A stretch of DNA of 64,000 bases from Balanoglossus misakiensis (Eukaryota; Animalia; Hemichordata): assembly GCA_040954595.2 (NCBI GenBank), contig CM082583.2:8058849-8122848 (forward strand), given 5' to 3'. Below the pieces are notes generated by a model. The model had not been told where the DNA came from, searched no databases, and saw only the letters and a program-made list of their open reading frames with translations. Shown here piece after piece: positions 1 to 13,500 of the stretch. A program made the position numbers and the translations under genes. Positions within the stretch are counted from its first letter, which is position 1; each line of letters begins with the position of its first letter.

Positions 1-3000
1 TACTTTTTGCTTGAATATAAAATCATGAAATATATGCAAAAGGTCCCTGGCCATGGGATTTTTTAAGAATGGTTTTACAAACACAGTTATACGTACGTGC
101 TTAGGATCACAGACTTTGAATGAGCGCTGAATAAATCGTAGTCTCCCTTGGGTGCATGGAGGTGTTGACTGTTTATTACACACGATGTTGCACATTTGAC
201 ACTGAAATTTAAAAAAAAATGATAAAAAGCTTAGATTGCAGGATTTTCTTCAGTAGAATACACACCTGAAAGTCTAAAACATTTTAGAACAAATTAGCAT
301 TTTTATTAATTTTGCCGACAGGGCAGACGAATTTTGATTTGATCTGTCCCCTGATAATATAACGGTGTAAGGGAGCGTTAAGCAATGAAGGCGCCGTCGA
401 CGGGAGAAATTCAAAGGAGGGTCACGTTTTTTCAACTTTAGGGGTGCATTTTACTGTTGTAGGTTGAAAGATTGAATTTCCTTCAAAATATTACGGGCTG
501 TAGGCCTAAGTGAAGGATTTATGTCGATGTTCTATACAGTAGAGGCAAGAATTGACACTAAATGTTCATTTGCCCACTTTCAGACCCTGTCCAATTATTG
601 TCAATTTTGTTTTCAAATTTGTTATTTCACATTTTAAAAATGCCTTTGCAAGTTGGACTGCACGGTATGCATTAAAGATTGTATTAGAACAACGCGAAAA
701 TCGCGAGGCGTATTGCCTTTGCAAAATAACCAATTGCTCGCTATCGAATATCAAATAGTCGACATATGATATGCATCAATCTCAGTGGACTTTATACAGT
801 ACTAATTTCTTTTTAAAAGGGACGGTTTTTAAAGGACAATAAGCAGCAGTCAAATTGTATCATATAAACATATTAATCTGTACACCATCAGACTTTGAAG
901 CAGAGGTGGGACTGCCGACGGAGGTGACCCAGCCCCTATGTTTCAGATACTATCAGTCAGCGGCAAACGGTATCGATCAAAAGAAAATAAAAGCATTTAA
1001 CCCCTTGCACCATGCGATCGCCGTGAGACGTGATAATTTCTCTGTCCAGACGGCGGTCGGTAATACGAATGCCCGTATCCGACAGACACGCCGAGTCAAC
1101 TTAATTTCATGAAAACCGTTCGGCCGTGTTTGAAGCGACATGGATTCCACCCTTCAATAACACAGAGGTCACGAACGAAAACTTTCCTACCAACTTTGAT
1201 ATCTTCAGACCGTAAGCGGATCTGAATGCGTTAAGTGGACAGACTCGGGTTTACATTGCGTTCTACTTGTTCCGTCTTTGTTACAGTGGGCGAGAAGGAT
1301 TTCCCTTGGGAGTCACTACTGTTCATCTTGTACTTTCTTAAGGGTCAGGATTTGTGGCATACCTGCGCACTGACGCGCGGCTAGAGAATGGCGAGGCGAG
1401 TTTGCGCGTGAATGGTTTGCTATGATCGGTCGAGGAGCACGAGTGACGGCGAAGACGAGTTCGCAGCGTTCGTTGACTCCTTGGTGGCGAAGTATGCACA
1501 CGGCTCCCAGAACGTAAACACATTAGTAACTGTGTTTGATGGACACGGCAGGAACCGCGTGCGACAGACAACGCCCAGCGCGCTTGTTTCCAGTGGAAAA
1601 GATCGAGCTCGCTCGGGATCCATCCTTTATAAAGACCACTTTGCCCTCACACCGACTCGTTTTGCTGTTAAAGTTGCTATTAAGTGAAGATGACTTAAAA
1701 TGAATGAGAGGAGTGGGAAGACACGATGAAGGACTGGACAAGTGGTGTCCGTGAAGGATCGACCTGTCACAGTTTGAATTCAAAGAATTCCCGCAACGAA
1801 ACGGTGTGGTATCAAATAGCACATGTCAAATTAATAATGGAGACGTATTTTGTCATTGACAAATAAACAAACGTGTTGTATGGAGGCGCATGTTACCTTA
1901 AGAATTTGAAAAAAAAAAGTGACAGATTCGCGGCCTGAATATCAGAGAGCGCAACACGTACCTGTGTAACGTATTTTAATCAATATAAAAAGCAATGTGC
2001 GCTTTTGAACCGTTCGCTGCGGATGCTTCAATTCCGCTCTGTGAGTACGACGTGAATTAATTTTGCTCTCTTGTAGGGCGATTTATCAAGCGTGTTGTTC
2101 ATTTATCGAATTTCTTGTTCTGGTATTTTTTCATTAATTGAGCCGGCGCAGATATTACCAACCACGCGGAGCAGATATTACGTGATGCCAAAATAAAGTC
2201 CCGATGCGATCACACACGACAGATACAGTTGTACTATTGAACAGTGATAGAGGCATGCGCAGTCTCGACACCGTCTCGTCTGCAATACCAATATGCCAGC
2301 ATCTATACCGGAGTTCTCGTCATCTCCATAGATTTTATTTGTGATGAACACACTGCACCCACTGTACTGAACATAATCACTGTCGACTCAGTCATTTATG
2401 AGTAATCATGATGATCATCTTATATTTCTGATAAAAGCTTCATGTTTAGCCAAACTATTCGATTTCTCACCGGGGTTACCAGATTACACGGCACATCTCT
2501 TATGATTTATTTAAGTCCCAGGGATTAAAATTTTCTAATTTCCGCGATATATCTGATACTCACACGGTTCCCACTGTGTTGAAATTAATTGAAAATTCCC
2601 CGAAATTACCAAGCTCCTTATGTTTCCCAGGAAATATAAATCTTAAGTAATTTTTAATGAAAAAAATATTATCCCGTTGTGTTTGTTTACGGTGAGGCGG
2701 GAAGATAAAATTGTCGTCTGGGATTTATGCACGCGCCATTTTTTTTTCAATTCGGGTTATTGACAAGTGCAAATATAACTATACAGAAAATATAGAAATG
2801 GAGCGAATAATTAAATTTAATGTCAACGCCCTGTGTTAGGCCTAAATAAGCTTACGCATGATAAAAATGTAATTTCTGTTTAATAAATGTATTTCTCTCA
2901 GCCCGCCAACTTTAACAAGTGGCTTTCGTATCGCAGTGTGTATCAATCAATACGAGTATTACGACACGCTTAGCCTAGCTGTTCGATGCCGAAAGGGCAG

Positions 3001-4648
3001 TAAACAAATTAGACTGGCCGGATGGCTCGCTTTCAGGCTCGCTTTGAAATGGGCTAACCAGCGCTTCACGCAACAAAGATGGTCAACAACACCGATATTA
3101 CCTTAATTATGGTAAATTTTAACTAAACTCTGTACACTAAAAATACACAAAAATAAGAGACTACCTTTGAGTGTGACCAATGTCCCGTAAAAGCTACTTA
3201 GTTTAGACGAAGGACGCGACGATACCGCGACAGTTCCAACGTTTAGTCCGAGTCGTATATCTGGCTCCAAATCCACAGGTAGACAGCACGGCTTCCAGGC
3301 CAGTTCAACAAGAGACAACGCGGCTTCCAGTTCAAATTAGCAGCAACCCCACCACGTGGCAACGTGCGGGCTTTTATACGAGAAAAATAATGAATTCATC
3401 ACACCTGGTCACGCAAATATTCAAATAACGAATGCAAACGATTAACACACCTGGTCACGAAAAACAATAGTAAGCAAACGTAACCTACCGTGTTGGCCGC
3501 GCTTACTCCTACGACGGGCATCAGGTTGGCTGTGAGCCTGATTTTCTAGTCCGCGGTCTCCAAAGTTTGATCAGTCTAAAATTAGAACCAAGTACAAAAC
3601 ATTGTTCATTAAATATTAGTTATTCTTGACGCTACACGCCGCTAATTGGGGATATTTGCAATTTTATGGCACTTAAACACTCCCATTAGTAAACACACAA
3701 TGTGTTTTCTTGACTAGACTACCTATTATTCCACTTGGATGGGTATTTTTCATCATGATTGACACGAAAGAAAATTTTTGCTTCTTACTCCTGAGCCTAA
3801 GCCGGTCTTGTCGCGTGATTACGAAAGATTAGGCACATTAATACGACATTGGCGCTGGCCAATATGAATTGTGCCTAACGAATTTCAAGCAAAATCTACC
3901 CACTGTCCCATGTTGGAATCGCCATCAGCGCATTTGCATGTGCAAACCCATCAGCGAGCCAATCGATACAAATTGAGTTTTCAGATAGCAAATCAATGCG
4001 ACCGCGTTGTTCATTAGCCGCCTGTCAATATTTTGATCTTTTTGTCTTTATTTCCGCACGTAATTATCACGATGCGCGGATACACCCCATGGTCAAATAT
4101 GTGCACAGGGAGCGGAACACAGCTATCTGAGGCGGAATTAACTTAATAAGCGATGGGATGTGTGAAGATCATGAATGATGTAGCCAGATCATTGATCGTG
4201 TGCAGTATCGCTCTCCTAACATGCCTCTTTCTGTCTCTTTCATAACTCAAAGAGCGGTATTAGTTGAGCAGTTACACAAATAACACAATTCCGAATGGTG
4301 TTCTCATGAGAGAGCTAATAATATTAGGAGGAAAATTTCAAAAGGCCAGAAAGTAACTGCGCTGTGTGAAAGCGCAATTATCTCTAACTTCTGACTGTTT
4401 TTTCACTGACACTCGCGTTTCAAATCACTCGTTCAAATTTATCAAACCGCTGACTACTGCCTATTATAGATGGAATATAAGCATGAGTCAAACTTAGCTA
4501 CCACATTTGTCTAAACATTTTGAAAGCTGTATTTTTGGAACTTATAATTATATACACATATGCTATTTTTACAATTCCATTGAGAGAAGTCGTCCACATT
4601 AAGTGTGTTGATGCGTGGAACTAAGTGGTTTCATATACACATAGGGGA

Positions 4649-4687
<39 letters not shown>
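4649..4687. repeat. (GTCT)n tetranucleotide microsatellite
   Basis: gtctgtctgtct... about 9-10 units, read directly. Confidence 0.95.
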
Positions 4688-7600
4688 ATGGCTGTTCATG
4701 GGGTCGCAAGATAATCACGAGAATATTCATAGGATAAACGAAACCAAACGCTTAAATAGGAAGTGATGTCGGACCAAACGGTAGCATCGCCGTTGGCAAG
4801 ACTAAAACGGACCGACAACTTTCTGTTAGGGCATCCACCAAAAGTAAATATGAATATGCTGACCTCGTTTGCAGGTCGCAGGAGGTTAAGATACATGGAA
4901 ATCGAAACCGAGCTGCGGCTACTTTTGAAGAGGAACAGAAAAAAACAGCAGAGCATTATCTATGTTTAGATAGATTTATATATTTTATCAGCTTCAACCC
5001 TTGGGTCATACATTTTGTGGAGTGATATATTAGTACCGAGGTTCCTCGGTGTGTATTGATGTTAGAATAACACGCATGCTCCACGTCTGAGAAAACGAAA
5101 AATAACAACCTTCAATTTCGTACAACAGTACAATGTATTAGTAGCACGCAGTTTTGAGAAAATGCCAACTACCGTACCCTCCCTATAAAACAGTCCACAT
5201 TCACTCCATGACGTGATTGGTCAGAATGTTGAGTCATGTGACCACAACGTGGTGAACAGCGCGAAATGTAACGACGAGAGTAAAGATTTTTTTTAAAACA
5301 AGACGCAACACAGATGGTACACTGTTTTTCAGAGAGAATCTAATATGATACGATATGATATTATGGTGAGACATCGATCAATAATGTCATGATATGAGAT
5401 TCGTCGTCTCAAGATTCTTGTCCAGTGGGTCACCTTTGACCTCACCGACTTCCCTGCAGGCTGAGTTCTATTTTCTGCCCGCGCACATCTGTCAGCATTT
5501 CTGGACGGAAAAAACGGGGTCAGAGGTCACGCCAAGTCGTTACAGTCGCTGACGGATTATGGAAACAGTTCGGAATGACATCAATTCGAAGGCTGTGAAC
5601 TCTGGCCCGCCAAGAAATGCAAAAATAGATACCCCCAAATATCTTGTAAAATCTCCAAAACGGCTTCTAAAGTGGCTTTATGGGGCAACATCAACGGTAA
5701 ACGAAGGGTGTTTTAGATTGTAAAATTTTAACAGCTGCCTCCTACCGGCTTGTTAGTACGATGGCAAGATCACCGACAATCCGAAGTTGAGGAAATACAT
5801 CCTCGGTTTCCGTGTCAAGTAAAGATCATCTTCAGTCCAAGTGAGATCTTTACTTTATCGCCACTGTGGCTCTTAACGTCATCGCATGTTACGTTGTTGG
5901 AGCCAAACACTGATGTAGGCTGTTCACTACATCGGCGATTTTCCAATGTTATTTACGGAGAAACAAGCATCTTCCCCTTCAAGATTCTCTGAGACGATTT
6001 CTATCAAAACATGATCGGTGCATGGGTAGGGAACATGCATGGTCAAGGCTTTCATGAGAATACGCGTGCCTAGACTGAAGTTTAATGTACATGTCGATAC
6101 ATGTATTTATATTACCTCTATTAGACCAGTTGGAACTCTATGATGAGGTAAATATTTTCCAATGCAGTCCAAGCCTCCATTAATCACCGATTAACATGGT
6201 CATAACATATGCCAAATGCTCTCGACTTATCTGTGCACATTTACCCGCGGACCAGTTGTTTCCATTTATCAGATTCTTAGAAGGCAAAGCAACATTTTCT
6301 CCACTCACAACATGAATGATCACGCCACACAAATAGTTTTGTCACTTGATTTCTCAAATTTGAGTGTCATTTCAATCCAGTCAAAGTCGTCAAAATACTT
6401 GGCGTAAACTTCTGCTGTTTGAACTGCCGTGACCCCGACAGCTACTCGTTCTTTCAAACTTCGCCTCGCATTTCGATTTTTTTATTAACAAGGTCTCAAA
6501 AGTCCACCAAATTAATATTGTCCTTTTCACGACAGTCAATTAACCCGGTCCGCCACTCCGCTCCCTTCGGACGAAAACAATCTCGGAGTCGTAAAATAGT
6601 TTAGCCTTCGAGTGTAAAAGTTTATGATTTTTTGTTGAGGCGGTCACGTGTCCAGCGCGCACGGTTGCCGGACGATAAATTTTACGGCGTGATATGGTTC
6701 CAGTGGAATGTTCGGCAGTGGTCCGTTACAGTACGACCAGTAAAAATGAAACTCAGGCAATTCCAAGCCGCAAGTGAGATTTTCAAATTCTTGTTTCGCC
6801 TGTTCATCAAAACCGACAAGAAGCACGGCATGCAGCAAGGGTCGCGGTAGCGCCAATCAAAGACGGTGAGATGGACGGTGCGGTTCCCATAAGGGAAAAT
6901 ATTCCAGCGTCTTAAATTTGACGCGAGCGACAACTGAAACAAACACATTTTGTCGGCTGGCTGATCGTGGGACCAACCCGATTTCCTCTCTAAAACTCCT
7001 CCACTCCCACGATTCCAATTTGCTTCCAACTAACCATTACGTATCGTACTCATCACAGCCGTCAGATCGATGATCCGGTCGCTGGGAAAAGTTACTTTAA
7101 TTGCGAGATATATACTATCGATTCTTATGGCAATTAACATGTCTAATATCATGGCTAAACATGGTTTTAGCATCCTAAGTGATCTCGTTATTACGTCATT
7201 GCAAGGTCTCGTCATTTGCATTTCCCCATCAGTGAGACCTTTGCCTTCGTCACTTGTCAATTTGCAACTGTTGGCTGAAAATCTCAGCTCCAAGAGAGCC
7301 TCTCTAGATATCATAACCCTCCTAACTTTGAAGTCGGCTGTTCTGTCGGATTGATAACATATATACTAAAGACTTCAGCGGTCCGGGCTTTGTACACAGA
7401 GAGAATGCAAATCGCACCGTTGGGAAACACAGAAACTACCCTGACCCGAAGTGATGCGCGATGGACGGGTTGGTTGGCTTTCCATATCACCACCCATGAA
7501 GGCGAGTCGAAGATCATAAAGCACCTAGTGCAGTGGTCATGTCCGTCGTCGCTTCATATCCCAGTTGTCTCCGGCGATTTTGCAGAGGACTTGGCTCAAA

Positions 7601-10573
7601 AATGGACTCTCCCTGTCGATGGCGTGGGGAGGGGGGGGGGGGGGTACTCTCATATACCACTCAAAAGATGGATCAGTTTTACTGTACGGTCCCTTCCGCA
7701 CGCAGAACGGTGATAGTATTCAGCGCTCGGAGCAGTTGAAGACCGATCACCGACAGCGTTGATTTGGTCTGGCGTCTCTGATACGCACACACTGACATGT
7801 TTATGCCATTTCATCTACACCAGCCCGCTCCTTGAATCGGTGATAAATGATGCGTTTCTTTTACGTGGCAATTGCTGGGGAAAGTGTATTGAGGTCTGCC
7901 AAATCAGTTCACGTCAGCCTTTTACATAAATTGGTCCGTAGAGTTTAAAGGTGCAATCGAACCATGACCTCAATAATGTCCTTAACCATACTCCAATTGT
8001 TTGCAACCCAACCGTAATAATTGTTGACGAAATCTGCCTGGCTATCCAGAGAACAGCTACCACTCACATAGTTTCATTTTTTCACTGACAATCTTTGGAC
8101 AGGGATTTTGGGGCCTTTTCTGTACTAATACTAATATATATCATAATATTGCAAATTATTTCAATGGTGACAGACCTAACAACAATCTCTCTGCGTCACA
8201 CGTCTCTAAAAGACTAGACAAATATGTGTTTCAGAAAATTGGCTCCTTCATGGCGGCAATACTTCTTCTGCTGACGTCGATAGAACGAAATTGCGCCCAT
8301 ACAGAAGATTGAGCGTACCCTAGCGTGCCAGGTATATTGTCTCTGTGTACTCGAAGTTCGTTAATTATATTTAGTGGTAAATCCACCAAATAACAGACTG
8401 TGATTCAACAGGATCATATTTTCCAAACTCGGCGCTGTCTGATTTATCATCTGTGGTACGCACGGATGACCTTGCTTTTTTTCTATTTCACAAATCAGTT
8501 GCGCTCGGTGTTGAGCGGAATGTCGACCGATCACGCCGTGACCTCTGCGGAGACAAGACAGGCTGTAAATCTTAAAAAGCTGCCGTGGGACATCGCACCA
8601 CACTGCGGGTAATTAGGGGCAATTTTCCCCCTTCATGTAATGAACAGCTCCAGGACTGTATATTGAGGAAGATGGCCTGCAATAAAATGATCAATATGTA
8701 CTCTAGGCAAACACTGACGCAGTGATGCCTCACAATGTTCATCTTTTCCGCGCTCGTGCCAAAAAAACACTTTGTAAATATCCTCAACAGAATAAAAACC
8801 CAAGACAAACGTATCAACAGCAGAATTTGCTGGAACACGACAATAAGTAGTTAATTATAACAATTTATTAAAACATTAATAACATATTCAAAATTGTCAA
8901 AACTTGTGAAAAATAAGGCACTTTCCCGAAGAAAAAAAATGTTAATCTCCGTGTTTCAGACAATTCATTCTGCATTATGGAGATCTGTTATTCAGTCATC
9001 AATCTTGTTATCTCTAAAGATGTGGAAATTAAACACTGGAATAGCTAAAATCTCGAAATCAATCGATTGGACGTCATAAAATAGACGCAATATATAGATC
9101 GGACTTATAGTTTATATTTGCGCCTTCGAAAAATTACAATCAGGTCATATTATTAATCACAATAATCTGAAAATACTAGCTTGTTCAAAATTCGTCTGAA
9201 TTTTGACGTCTTTAGTATGATTTGTAATTTACTGAAACCATAAAGCATATTACTTTAATTTCAAACCAATAAGAAAGTTATTATGGCGTACCGACCTAGT
9301 CCAATCGCTTCAAACTGATTCAGGTGCAGCGACTGCCGGAAACCGTAAGAGGGCGTAGATACATGATCTGACAAAGGGATGTAAAAGGCGAATTGAGTGA
9401 TGCAAGACAAAAGTCCATTAAATCGAAAAGTAATCTCCGATCGTTACATGATAAATTTCCTTCGCCGTTAGCAGTGTGTCACCCCAGTACTTGAAACTCG
9501 TTAAAATGCACAATTACGTCTGCTTATCAAAATTAGAAAAATATGTATTTTTTTTTGCTTACATTTTACGTTTCAAGAAGTCAATTCTTATTTTGATCGG
9601 GTGAACGGATTGTTGTCATGGTCACCTAGTGAACATCCCTCAGTTATCAGGTTCACTCTGTCAACGTCACGGTAGTAGTACTCGCACATGCACGCCACTG
9701 ACGGCCAGTGAGTTAGCCATTCAATAAAAATGCGCAAATATCGTTTAAAAACCTGAAAGTTACATGCATTTGTATAAATTTTATAGAAATGTTAACGGGA
9801 AAAAATAAGAAAGAAGAATATGTGTAACTCATCACGAACACCCAATGATCAAGTTTTCTGACATGAGAATCAGCGTGCGCTGTCCAAAGAAATCAGTAAC
9901 GGAAAATCTGTTTGCACCTTGGCCACTGAAGTTAGTTCCTTTCGCCTTCGACAGTGACGCAGAGAAAAGACGAAGTTTGTAACTTGAAATCCAATGATTG
10001 TGCCCATCACTCCCCGCGGCTGATGATACTTTTTGTCATGGGAGTCACGTGATCACGATAATGATTTCGTCTATTACGCACGCGCACACGTCGCCAGAAG
10101 GCACTGTGTCGGAGTGGAAAGTGTGAGGCTCCTCGCTTGTCGCGGTTCTGCATGGAGTCCGGGTGTGTGTGAAGGATTCATTGCCTTGTTCGTTCGTTGG
10201 AAAATTCCATTTTGAAGCGACGTTCTCCCTCGTTTAGCTGTACAAACTGAGAATTTGTGGCAGATTATTTCAACGCAGGACGAGTGCGCCCGCTTTTGTT
10301 GGATCAGATATTTGACACCATTTTTCTGGAGAAGAAAGCAATATACCCGACTCTCGAAGATCGTGCAAGTTAGTTAGACGAAAAGCTCCGATAAAGAGAC
10401 ATCAAGCAGAACCCGAACTAGTAAACCCCCATCGTCCTTTAAAATGACCGGAACGGTTGCTATTGGCCAGTGGCACGTATAATACCGGGATATTCCTGCG
10501 TTTGAACCTGTGACGATATTCCTCCCAGCTTTGGTGGACAACGGAAAATCCGAGTCACTCGACCAATCCGCAA

Positions 10574-13500
10574 CTAGGCTAAGATTTTCCGATCTTTGTA
10601 AATGGTAGGAGCCGACAACAAAATGCCGCAGGTGCCGCTGATGACGACGATCAGGAAAATCCAAAGAAAAACGCGATCTATCACCATGGCGACATATTTC
10701 CAATCTTCTCTTATCTAAAATAAGAAAGCAAAGAAAGTGGTCAGAGTGAGTGTGAGAGACAGGGATTTTCTTAGCTGAACTGAATAATATGAAGTGATCA
10801 AATAATATGTAATAAAGGACTTATAAAGCCAATTAGTTTTTTGTTTCACCAATAAATATTTAATCACACATAAACGTCGCAATCAAAGGGAAGTTATGGA
10901 AAATCTTGTTACGTGGTTCCACTGTCCCGACTATAGTCGATATTGAAATTCCAATTCGACCACTTGAGGGCGCCTTCATTGAAATGAAGCTTGGTGCCAA
11001 GCAAGATGGCCGGGTCTGAATAATTAAAGTGGTTGACAAGAAACAAAACTGATGCGATGAACATAAAACTGGAAAACTGGTACACATGAAAAGACGGGAG
11101 GAAATTTCAACTTACAGTCTGGAATTCGTCCTCGTTTTTCAGATGTTGGGCTATGTACGTCACACCCTTCACCGCGTCTGTGAGTCTCGGGTCCACCTTT
11201 TTGAGTTGTTTGAGTTTTTGCCAAGGCTTCTCATTTTTGTAGAGTTCATCTGATATGGAGTAGAGTTTTTGGCGGGCTTCGCAGTATGTCCCGCCCTCGC
11301 ACCGGGCGCCGGAGGGACGACGGAGCAGGTCGCTGAGCTCGATGCCCCCGTTGGGCAGCTCCGGCGGCTGGAACACGTCGTAATAGTCTTTGGTCACCTG
11401 GTGGCGCTTCATCATCAACAGCGGCGGGAGGATATCCAGGAAGAGCTTGCGCACCCACTTGGGCATGGTGTGCGTGCTGGGCGCGCGGTGGTGAATGTTC
11501 AGCACGATGACCGTGATCACGATGGAGACGGTCACCAGAACCATGGTGAAGAGCAGGTAGCGCCCGATCAGCGGGATGACGAGCGAGGTGGGAGGGATGA
11601 TGTCCGACACCAGCAGCAGGAACACGGTGAGGGCCAGCAGCACGGAGATGCACAGCGTGATCTTCTCGCCGCAGTCTGACGGCAGGTAGAACACCAGCAC
11701 GGTGAGGAAGGAGATCAGCACGCAGGGGATGATGAGATTGACCGTGTAAAACAGCGGCTTCCGCCTGATGTGTATCGTGAACGTGATGTCCACGTTGATG
11801 TTGTCGCAACAGGCGTACTTGACGATGTTCCTCTTGCCCGGGGTGTTGACGATGGACCATTCGCCGCTCTCCCAGTAATCCTCCAGCGCCACCTGTTCCT
11901 GGCCCTCGCCCAGCTTCAAGTCGACCAGGTAACCGTCATAGGTCCACGACCCGTACTTCATGACGCATTTCTGTTCGTCGAAAGGGAAGTACTGCACGTC
12001 GATATTGCAGGAGCTCTTGTAAATGGCGGGCGGCAGCCAGTAGACCAGTCCGGTGTTGTAGAGCAGGGCTTTCGTCATCAGTGTGACTTCGTAGTTGCCG
12101 TCAGCACTAAAAAGGGAGTGAGAGAGAAGAAATATTACCACTCTTCGGCTTATTTGCACGAGTTGCATAACGGTCCGATCCACTGTACAGGGATAAACTG
12201 TGTTTACGCCATCTACTACTAACGTTACTTGAAGAAAATCTGACTAAACCGCTGGAAACTTGGATAGGTTGTAGAAGCTACTCCCCCTCAACTGGAACTC
12301 AATTGACCCATAATGCACTGCAAATTTTCAAGATGGCGTAAACACATTTTGGACCACAAGATACCCTCGTAAACATATCTTGTACTGGAACGATCAAAAC
12401 TGGAGATCAATGATGAACTATAATTAAAACAACTTACTTATTGAAAAGAACGACGTCCGGCAACCACAGCATTTGCGACGGCACTCTTAATATTTTCAGA
12501 TTGTCATATTTGGACGGATCCCACGTTAGTCTGTAGTCAGTCCATTGCTTCAAAGAGGAAAAAAATGAGTATCAAATTCATTTAACTCATGTCTGACCTG
12601 AATCTGAACACATGGTACAGTGTTGTCATTGGCGTAAAGCGACAGGGTAGTCTCGGTACGGTTACTCAGTGCCTCTGCTTCTTCCGTTGGGCACTCCAGA
12701 AAGAGGGTCTGGGGAAATATGTCCGGGCAAAGATGGCCGACTCGAGGCAAACCGAGACTAAGCGACAGGGGTGTCCATCAGCGCATGCTCACCAGTGTCT
12801 GATTGTTTGTAGTCACCGGGTCAGTACAGCACGCCCGCAAATTTTCTTAGGAGCAAGGCAACAAAGACCGGACAGAATGTACTTAATAGAGTCTACTGCA
12901 AGAATATTTGGCTCCGTTGCCTCTTTTGCTGCAAAGTGCGGTCCAGTAAAGGCACTCGTTAGGAAATAAGTTTTAGTTACCTGTTTCAGCCAAACATTCG
13001 CCGTCATGATCTGATCCTTCTCGTTCTGAAACAAATAAAAGGGAAAAATAATAAGCCTCTGAATCAGTCGCAAGAGTTTGTGTAATATCTCGGAACTTCA
13101 ACATAGAGACGACTACACATGCCGTGTTCTCCAAGTACAGTGTTAAAGTCGGTTCAGTTGTTTTAAACGTTGGAGGCGCTGTACGAAATTAAGCGCGACA
13201 ACAGCTTTTACTTAGATGTGTGATACTGATGCTCGCATACACGGAGGCTCAACAAGAAAAAGAGAGATGTATGAAAAATATGTCACTTTATTACTTCAGG
13301 TGACTTGCTCCTGAACTTTGAACACGGTTAGACCGCCTGAGGTGGATCGCTGAGCCTGTGAAGTATTGGACCCAAACGGTCATGCAGTATTAGACTGAGA
13401 AATTCCGAAGCCGATTTCCGTTCTTGAAAATCAAAGACGAATTGCAACAGTTGGCTACTGTGAGAGCGGCTGAGAATTTTTTTTACAGGAAATCGACGAT

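Noticed and set aside
5750-7762. Cluster of 60-120 aa ORFs as a possible retroelement remnant
   Set aside because: No reverse transcriptase, integrase or transposase motifs recognised.
11246-12222. Overlapping ORFs of 204, 136 and 150 aa in other frames over nAChR exon 5
   Set aside because: Shadow ORFs caused by the exon's strong GC3 codon bias; no independent motifs.
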